DNA of 64,000 nucleotides, from positions 32,001 to 96,000 of IMG/VR virus record IMGVR_UViG_3300042402_001868. The stretch is one strand, 5' to 3'. The stretch's first letter is position 1. Every line of letters starts with the position of its first letter. This DNA comes from a virus. Position numbers and translations under genes: made by a program. The notes below the pieces were generated by a model. That model had not been told where the DNA came from, did not search any database, and saw only the letters and a program-made list of their open reading frames with translations. Positions 58,212 to 64,000 of the stretch are shown piece by piece.

Positions 58212-59122
58212 AGATCAATTTTTTGCAAACTTGTTCTGAGTTGATCAATGAATTGTGTGTAAGACTGGACATCGTTTCCAATGTTAATTTGGTTTCTTTT
58301 GGTCAGGCTTTCTACCACTGCAGGGTCTTTCAACACGTTAAGAATGTCTTGACGAAGTTGTTTAAGTTCTTCCTGATCTATTTTTGGACTCGCAGCAATC
58401 AGTATTCCGCCACTGACTTGGCCCACGCCTAACTGTTTCCGAACTGACGGAACAGACTGTCCGGCAATTGTCAGTGACTGATCAGTTGTATTTCCTAATA
58501 TACGAAATTTGCCAGCTTTGACGTACTCTTCGACTACAGGAGTGTAAGACATAATTGCTACATTAATGTCGTTGGCCAATAACGCTGTAATAATATCCGT
58601 CGGGCCTTTATATCTAACTGGTTCAACGGCTTTAGCTTCCCAATTGTAGTGTTGAGATAACAGTTGCAAGTTGACTACTTCTACAGAGACAGCATAACCT
58701 ACAAAATTTTTAGTACTGTTTGGCAACGTTTTGATCAGATCGTTCATGTTTTTATACGGTGCATCGGCTCGTATTACCCAGGCCTGCGGAGTCAATCCCA
58801 CAGGGCTAATTGGAATAAAGTCATCGTCCTTGTAAGGTAAGTCTTTTATGGTCTTGGGATTGAAGGCCAGCATGGTAGTAGAAGTCAAAATTAAGCCAGG
58901 TTTGGCTATATTTTTAAAACGTACAACTGCAGGCACATGATTTCCGCCGCCTACACTCTCAACTACCAGTGTATTTCCAGTTTGTTTTTTATAAGCTTCG
59001 GCAATTACTCTTGCAGTAATTTCACTAGACGATCCTGGTGCATTAGGATTGATTAGCACATACTCTTTGGCCGTGGCCACGTTAATAAACATTGCAAAAA
59101 GCAATGAAACAATAAATTTCAT
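58208..59122 (-). CDS. Tripartite tricarboxylate transporter substrate-binding protein (TctC/Bug family)
   Basis: Signal peptide MKFIVSLLFAMFINVATA; PNAPGSSSEITAR, VESVGGG, PYKDDDFIPI, VRYKG, ALLANDI. Confidence 0.75.
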   Translation of the reverse strand: MKFIVSLLFAMFINVATAKEYVLINPNAPGSSSEITARVIAEAYKKQTGNTLVVESVGGGNHVPAVVRFKNIAKPGLILTSTTMLAFNPKTIKDLPYKDDDFIPISPVGLTPQAWVIRADAPYKNMNDLIKTLPNSTKNFVGYAVSVEVVNLQLLSQHYNWEAKAVEPVRYKGPTDIITALLANDINVAIMSYTPVVEEYVKAGKFRILGNTTDQSLTIAGQSVPSVRKQLGVGQVSGGILIAASPKIDQEELKQLRQDILNVLKDPAVVESLTKRNQINIGNDVQSYTQFIDQLRTSLQKIDL

Positions 59123-59150
59123 AATTTCCTCGATAAGTTTAAAAGTACTA

Positions 59151-59255
59151 GTAGATGAATTCTACGTACGGAAGGCGTTCTGTAGTATAGTCCACAGTAA
59201 AGACATCTCTATGTCAAGCGTCAAATTGATCCGACGTCGGCCCTTGCCGGCGCTG
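59151..59255 (-). ncRNA. Candidate structured cis-regulatory RNA leader (riboswitch-like)
   Basis: Five adjacent hairpins in a GC-richer ~140-nt intergenic leader between a TAAATA motif and the tctC-like SD. Family not recognised. Confidence 0.45.
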
Positions 59256-59261
59256 TAATAA

Positions 59262-59267
59262 TATTTA
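59262..59267 (-). promoter_or_regulatory. Late promoter core TAAATA
   Basis: Overlaps the stop of 59265..60344 and directly precedes the structured leader. Confidence 0.4.
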
Positions 59268-60344
59268 TTTTACAAAACAATCATTTAAAATTTTGTTATG
59301 TACACGTAGTCCTAGAGCATATCGAGGTTGATTGCTAGTATTAACTGCACCATGTGTAAACGTGTCGTTGTTAACAACCATTAACTCATTGCCTGTTGGC
59401 AATATGCCAGCACCAGCAAATTTAATAAAACTACCCTCAGGCCACACTAGTGGAACATATAGTTGCGTACACCCTTTATAATTTACATACTCGGGTTTTG
59501 ATTTATTTGTATCATCAGTATGAGGATAGATAAAATCCCCAGGAGATAATTTTCCTATAAAAACTGACCAGCAGTCAAGGTCCAATAGATCTATTATTGA
59601 TTTAATATGCGGGTAGTTGTCTGCTATTGGCAACCGATTGCCGTACTTGTACAACCATGTGACATTCCAATTTGAATTGAATTTGTCTCCAAACTCTTTC
59701 TGATTGGCTATACGTTGAGTGTAGGATTCTGTTGTGCTACCATCAATGTTTTTTACTACTTCTTGAGCTGCAAGTTCTATCAGTTCATGAGATATACTTT
59801 TTTTATACCACATATATGGTATTTGTTCGGCTGTTGCTGTCTCTTTTGAAATTACTGTGAAATTAAAGTTGTGTAAGAAAAAATCTGTGATAATTTTAGG
59901 AAATTTACTTGAGTCAACAGTCAATCTGTCTGGATAGTAAATCCAATATTTTTCATATAAGTTTGTCCCAAACACACCGTTTGGAAATTTAGATTCTACA
60001 AGCTCAAGCCAATAGCTAACAGGATATCCAAATGGCAGGTGCCAGGTCTGGTTTGCTTCCCATATCACTGCACCTGGCTGAAGTTTTTGATGATCAGAAT
60101 TTTCAATCCATCCCAAATACAACATTTTTCTTAGACTAGATTCGTTCACAAAAACTTGTAAGATTTCTAATCTAATAGAATTGAGACTAGTTATACTCAG
60201 TTTGTGTAAACCAAATTCACTGTTGGTATATATAAAAATTCCAGTGTCGTTGACGTTAAACTCAACTATTTGATTGTCTAGTTTAACACATATATCATTA
60301 GGAGTTATTTTTCCAGATGTTTCAATAAAAATAAATGGTGTCAT
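59265..60344 (-). CDS. Protein with C-terminal Asp/Asn beta-hydroxylase-like 2OG-Fe(II) domain
   Basis: KLSPGDFIYPHTD (HxD) ... THGAVNTSNQPRY (distal H, R). AT-rich. Confidence 0.6.
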   Translation of the reverse strand: MTPFIFIETSGKITPNDICVKLDNQIVEFNVNDTGIFIYTNSEFGLHKLSITSLNSIRLEILQVFVNESSLRKMLYLGWIENSDHQKLQPGAVIWEANQTWHLPFGYPVSYWLELVESKFPNGVFGTNLYEKYWIYYPDRLTVDSSKFPKIITDFFLHNFNFTVISKETATAEQIPYMWYKKSISHELIELAAQEVVKNIDGSTTESYTQRIANQKEFGDKFNSNWNVTWLYKYGNRLPIADNYPHIKSIIDLLDLDCWSVFIGKLSPGDFIYPHTDDTNKSKPEYVNYKGCTQLYVPLVWPEGSFIKFAGAGILPTGNELMVVNNDTFTHGAVNTSNQPRYALGLRVHNKILNDCFVK

Positions 60345-60369
60345 TGCTTGAACTAACTTTCTGTAATCA

Positions 60370-60377
60370 TATTTATA
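60370..60377 (-). promoter_or_regulatory. T4-type late promoter TATAAATA
   Basis: Exact consensus 25 nt upstream of the ATG at 60344. Confidence 0.55.
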
Positions 60378-60418
60378 TTATAAAACATATGACTGACATG
60401 TAACAGTCTTGTGAGCTA

Positions 60419-61006
60419 TTACATATCAGGGCCGTTGCCGTTTTTGAAACCTACTGTGCCACCTTCTGCTTGGATGCGTTTGATTACATCTTCAAACAAG
60501 ATGGGGGCAAAATCTGTTTGTTCCACGCAAACACAATGATATCGAGGATCAATTACAGGAATGCCATACTTGCCCACAGGTTCCATCTTCACACGACTAG
60601 CATGCAAGTGACCGTGAATGTTAACTCCAAAACGACCTAATGATTCAGGATGGATCGGGATATGACTCAAAATCATTCCGTTCATCACATGGTATGCTCG
60701 CAACTCACGAAAGTATTCACGATACTCCACATCAGGAAAGATGTCATGGTTGCCACGGATCAACACCTTGTCTCCGTTCAATCGATGCAATGTCTTCAAG
60801 GCCCGGCGGTTGATAACAACATCGCCCAAGTGGTAGACCTTGTCGCTAGGACGCACACGGTCGTTCCATCGCCGAACCATTTCCTCGTCCATCTCATCTG
60901 GATCAGTCCATGGACGCAATTTTACCTCAGGGTCGTCTGGGTGTGTGAAGCGACAGACACCGGCGTGTCCAAAGTGTGTGTCGCTTGTTAAAAATACTGA
61001 TGGCAT
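60419..61006 (-). CDS. Calcineurin-like metallophosphoesterase
   Basis: SDTHFGH, HLGD, GNHD, SHIP, HGHLH. Confidence 0.9.
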   Translation of the reverse strand: MPSVFLTSDTHFGHAGVCRFTHPDDPEVKLRPWTDPDEMDEEMVRRWNDRVRPSDKVYHLGDVVINRRALKTLHRLNGDKVLIRGNHDIFPDVEYREYFRELRAYHVMNGMILSHIPIHPESLGRFGVNIHGHLHASRVKMEPVGKYGIPVIDPRYHCVCVEQTDFAPILFEDVIKRIQAEGGTVGFKNGNGPDM

Positions 61007-61031
61007 CTTGTGCTCCTTTCCTTAATCAAGT

Positions 61032-61060
61032 ATTATAGCACAACAATCAATATTAGTCAA
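61032..61060 (-). promoter_or_regulatory. sigma70 early promoter TTGACT-17-TATAAT
   Basis: TTGACTaatattgattgttgtgcTATAAT, followed by an AAGGAG SD. Confidence 0.8.
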
Positions 61061-61064
61061 TGTG

Positions 61065-61790
61065 CTATTTTAGTTCCACATCGGTTAAATCAGGAATCAG
61101 TTCGCCTTTTTGCATCTGAGTTTGGTCGCTATAGCTATTTGATGAACGTTTTCCAACATGGATTTGAACAAGGTCTCTGCTTTGAAACTCTGGATACTTG
61201 TTCCAGTAACTGGTAACATGAATTTGATTTGTATCAAACAACACCGCATCACCTGCTTTGTAGGTAAAGATACCCTCTAGCTCAAGCCAATCGCAATAAT
61301 TTCTAGTGAGATCGCGCCAGTCGGCACAATGGTCCAGGTCTTCAATTTCAGATATGTTTGAAATTTTTGGACCTTTTAACTTTTGTTCCATGTATGGCTC
61401 GATATCTTGGCACGAATTAAAAAGCTCTTTGAAAATAATTGCTTTAAACTTTGGTTGGTCATCTAATGCAAAAATTATAGTATAAGTCAGGTCAAATCGA
61501 TCCTTGCCAAACTCGTCCACATGAAGAGAATGGGAAGTGACTTGCCGTTGATAGTTTCCCCAAAAATAGTTCTCGTTAGGAAAATGCGTCTTGACAATTT
61601 TTTCTAAAATAGAGTAGGCTGGCGTATTCTCTTTGATCAGCAATCTACGATCAATGTGATCATGCACACCTATACCTGGATGTACTCCCTCAGGTTTGCC
61701 ATTGACATAGGCATGTTGATGATTGTCAATCCAGTATTTTTTAAATACCTGAATGTCTTCGGGGCTCAGTATATTTTCTAATAGTTTCAT
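61065..61790 (-). CDS. Putative 2OG-Fe(II) oxygenase-like protein
   Basis: SLHVD (HxD) ... GDAVLFDTNQIH. Confidence 0.5.
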   Translation of the reverse strand: MKLLENILSPEDIQVFKKYWIDNHQHAYVNGKPEGVHPGIGVHDHIDRRLLIKENTPAYSILEKIVKTHFPNENYFWGNYQRQVTSHSLHVDEFGKDRFDLTYTIIFALDDQPKFKAIIFKELFNSCQDIEPYMEQKLKGPKISNISEIEDLDHCADWRDLTRNYCDWLELEGIFTYKAGDAVLFDTNQIHVTSYWNKYPEFQSRDLVQIHVGKRSSNSYSDQTQMQKGELIPDLTDVELK

Positions 61791-62056
61791 AGTTGCAATC
61801 CTTTATTTTTTTTGTTTGTGTTTGCAATTCGATGAAGATAGTCATTTCCGACATGACCCTCTTCAATTTCTAATATAGCGGTAACCATTGCACCATACTT
61901 GGTAACAATCTTTGGGGCATGCCCACGACGCAGTTCTCTTGCTCGTTGCGCGGCAACCAGTACCAAATCATATCTGTTACCTAATGCCTCTACTGCATAT
62001 TCGCTTGTAAGGCCAGCGGTTCTACCACTTACGTCATGTTTAATTTTCATCTTCAT
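61787..62056 (-). CDS. rpoZ: RNA polymerase omega subunit-like protein
   Basis: NRYDLVLVAAQRAREL..GHAPKI...VTAILEIEEG matches the omega signature. Confidence 0.8.
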   Translation of the reverse strand: MKMKIKHDVSGRTAGLTSEYAVEALGNRYDLVLVAAQRARELRRGHAPKIVTKYGAMVTAILEIEEGHVGNDYLHRIANTNKKNKGLQL

Positions 62057-62351
62057 CTTTCGTTGTCAAACCATTTGAATGTTTATCTGTGACTTGTTCT
62101 AAGTCTTGAAACAAACGCTTTTCTTGCGCTGTGAGTCGATCCTTGTGAGTCTTGCGTGGGTTACCACACAAGTAACAGCCAGGGTTTCCACAATCCATCA
62201 CATGATGTTTGGCAGTACGATGAGGTTGTTTCATCACCTGATCATGAAACCCTAAACCATGTGTTTTGGCAATTTTTACTTGCCTAGCAATCTTGACATC
62301 AGTTTTGTGCCGACGTCGTGAATTCATAAATTTGGCTAATTCGTTACTCAC
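62040..62351 (-). CDS. Basic hypothetical protein with Cys/His cluster (HH..DCGNPGCYLCGNPRK)
   Basis: GTG start at 62351 with GAGGA SD, downstream of a consensus promoter. Confidence 0.6.
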   Translation of the reverse strand: MSNELAKFMNSRRRHKTDVKIARQVKIAKTHGLGFHDQVMKQPHRTAKHHVMDCGNPGCYLCGNPRKTHKDRLTAQEKRLFQDLEQVTDKHSNGLTTKDEDEN

Positions 62352-62369
62352 ATTGTTCCTCTCTTGACT

Positions 62370-62398
62370 ATTATATAACAATACAACATTGTTGTCAA
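62370..62398 (-). promoter_or_regulatory. Perfect sigma70 consensus promoter TTGACA-17-TATAAT
   Basis: TTGACAacaatgttgtattgttaTATAAT. Confidence 0.85.
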
Positions 62399-63171
62399 CT
62401 TGCTAATGCTCGATCTGTACGTGTCATATCAGCACAGGTATAAGTTTGGTAACTTTGCTTTAGGTGTTCAGGCATGGGAATCTCTTCAATTGGTACTCCA
62501 AACCGTTCTGCAACTTCATAGAAGCTGTGTGTTTTACCTGTGCCTACATTAAACACACCTGACTGTTTGATATTTAAGAAAGCTAAATGTGTGTTGATAA
62601 CTTGGCTCACGGGCACAAAATCTCTGCGGTATTCTCTACTGCCTTCAAACACACGTATGCGTCCTGTTTCCCTGGCTTGTTTTTCAAACTGATGATATGG
62701 ACTAGCCTGCCCACCTTTGTGATCTTCGCCGGAACCATACACATTAAAATACCGAAATCCTTGTATGCGATCACCGTTATGGTCAGCAAACTCTTGACGC
62801 TTGAGAGCATAGCGTTCAAACATGTATTTTGACCAAGCATAAGGTGTTCGCGGATCCACAGGCGAGTCTTCGCGGAACTCTTGGTTTAATCCATACACGC
62901 TAGCACTGCTGGAATACTGAAAGTGTGTGCCAGTGTTCATGCAACGATCCAACAGTCGACAACTGAAGTCATAGTTTTGTCGCATGACTTTGTCTACATC
63001 ACGTTCGGTGGTGCTAGATATGCCACCAATGTGAATACACACATCTCGATCTCTAGTATCTAGATTGTCTTCATCTTCGCCCCAGTCATATGTTCTAACA
63101 TCATGCCCTGCTAGGGCTTTGAGCATGTTGGAACCGATAAAGCCCCTGTGGCCTGTAAGTAAAATTCTCAT
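62395..63171 (-). CDS. hldD: ADP-L-glycero-D-manno-heptose-6-epimerase-like SDR
   Basis: TGHRGFIGS, ISSTTE, YSSSASVYG, YAWSK, FRYFNVYG..EDHKG.QAS, RDFV, YQTYTCAD. Confidence 0.75.
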   Translation of the reverse strand: MRILLTGHRGFIGSNMLKALAGHDVRTYDWGEDEDNLDTRDRDVCIHIGGISSTTERDVDKVMRQNYDFSCRLLDRCMNTGTHFQYSSSASVYGLNQEFREDSPVDPRTPYAWSKYMFERYALKRQEFADHNGDRIQGFRYFNVYGSGEDHKGGQASPYHQFEKQARETGRIRVFEGSREYRRDFVPVSQVINTHLAFLNIKQSGVFNVGTGKTHSFYEVAERFGVPIEEIPMPEHLKQSYQTYTCADMTRTDRALAS

Positions 63172-63524
63172 TTTTGACTGTCTCCTTTGCCCACACGATA
63201 GTTATCTTCTACTGAATCTGGTGTGCTAACTTCGATGATAGTGCCAGCTTCTATACAAACCAATTGATGTGGCTGCAATGGCCGATTACGCCATGTGGTG
63301 CCCGGTTTAAGTATTGCGTCATGCTGACTAGCATCCGTGGTTTCAATGAATACAACTTGAAACAACCCATCCAACACATACCATGTTTCGTCTTTTTCAG
63401 CATGGAAGTGCATGCTGAATCGAGCACCCTCGTTAAACTTCATAAGTTTGCCACAGTACTTGTCATTGGTAGCCCAGATCAATTCTGAGCCCCACCCTTT
63501 TTCTACAAAGCCTTCTAGTCTCAT
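63168..63524 (-). CDS. Cupin (mannose-6-phosphate isomerase/sugar isomerase-like)
   Basis: KGWGSE, SMHFHAEKDETW, PHQL, EVST. Start set at the ATG at 63524. Confidence 0.75.
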   Translation of the reverse strand: MRLEGFVEKGWGSELIWATNDKYCGKLMKFNEGARFSMHFHAEKDETWYVLDGLFQVVFIETTDASQHDAILKPGTTWRNRPLQPHQLVCIEAGTIIEVSTPDSVEDNYRVGKGDSQK

Positions 63525-64000
63525 TTGATTTCCTCTAGTGTAGGAGCATACACACCTATGTGTTGCACAGTAACGGCGCTGGCTCGGATTGCAAATTCTA
63601 TTGCAAGATCCATACTCTGAGATTTTAAATATTCGTAGCACAGGGCCGCAAGAAATGTGTCCCCGGCACCACACACATCTGTCACTGCTATTTCCACAGC
63701 AGGATATGTTCGGTCCTTGTACACAGCACCGTTCCTGCCGTGTGTGACAACAAGATCATCGCATATGGTCTTGGCATCGTTGTATTCTTTATTGTTGATC
63801 TTAACAACACACCCGGCTAGTCTTGCTAGATCAGTTTTCTTTGTATCCACAAATATCGGGCCAGAATATGTTTTGCGTAAATTTTCAATTAACTCGTAAG
63901 TGACATTGCCTTTGTTGTAGTCGCTGATCACAATGGCATTGCATATGGAGAGATCTATACCATCCAATGGGTAAGGCTCGTTGATGTAGTCATTGTCGAT
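63521..64000 (-). CDS. PfkB-family kinase, HldE/RfaE domain I-like (heptose-7-phosphate kinase); 5'-truncated
   Basis: ISDYNKG, VDTK, KIN..E, DVCGAGDTFLAAL; the frame is open to the window edge. Confidence 0.8.
   Translation of the reverse strand: MDNDYINEPYPLDGIDLSICNAIVISDYNKGNVTYELIENLRKTYSGPIFVDTKKTDLARLAGCVVKINNKEYNDAKTICDDLVVTHGRNGAVYKDRTYPAVEIAVTDVCGAGDTFLAALCYEYLKSQSMDLAIEFAIRASAVTVQHIGVYAPTLEEIK

Noticed and set aside
59151-59255. Cloverleaf-like leader as a tRNA
   Set aside because: No T-loop GTTCRA, D-loop GG, 7-nt anticodon loop or acceptor/CCA end.
63168-63674. Track starts for several ORFs (63674, 62381, 55578, 54371, 50713, 40042, 21204, 19340)
   Set aside because: They extend into upstream genes, promoters or terminators. 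Downstream starts with an SD, an adjacent promoter or a stop/start overlap are better supported.
1-64000. Bacterial chromosome or prophage O-antigen locus interpretation
   Set aside because: T4-type late motifs, baseplate and tail genes, dense small ORFs and the absence of wzx/wzy, an integrase or housekeeping operons favour a large lytic phage.

Overview
The window looks like part of a large T4-like (myovirus-type) dsDNA phage genome. The host is probably a Gram-negative freshwater bacterium; the RpoZ-like and Bug/TctC-like genes point to Betaproteobacteria, which is inference. It has three blocks. (1) 1-19311 (+) is a virion/tail module: a truncated baseplate-wedge-like gene, a 4949-aa giant structural protein with seven FG-GAP-like blades, a tail-fibre-like protein with GGN repeats and a chaperone-like C-terminus, and T4-type late promoter motifs (TATAAATA). 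It ends in an intrinsic terminator. (2) 19382-50689 is a ~31-kb biosynthetic-cluster-like island. It holds 10 radical SAM genes (11 CX3CX2C domains, most with an N-terminal twitch-like Cys module), about 8 glycosyltransferase-like genes, a NodU/CmcH carbamoyltransferase with a coupled 33-aa peptide, an amidinotransferase, a DegT aminotransferase, an NAD-dependent epimerase and a 1203-aa W/P/Y-rich repeat protein. (3) 50686-64000 (-) holds early/metabolic genes under near-consensus sigma70 promoters: thyX, an AAA+ ATPase/VWA-metallopeptidase pair, an orphan TctC/Bug binding protein behind a multi-hairpin leader, two 2OG-Fe(II)-type oxygenases, a metallophosphoesterase, an RNA polymerase omega-like gene and ADP-heptose pathway genes. 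The best candidates for an undescribed system are the radical-SAM/glycan-tailoring island next to the tail genes and the structured RNA leader at 59151-59255. All calls come from reading motifs by eye; no searches were run.
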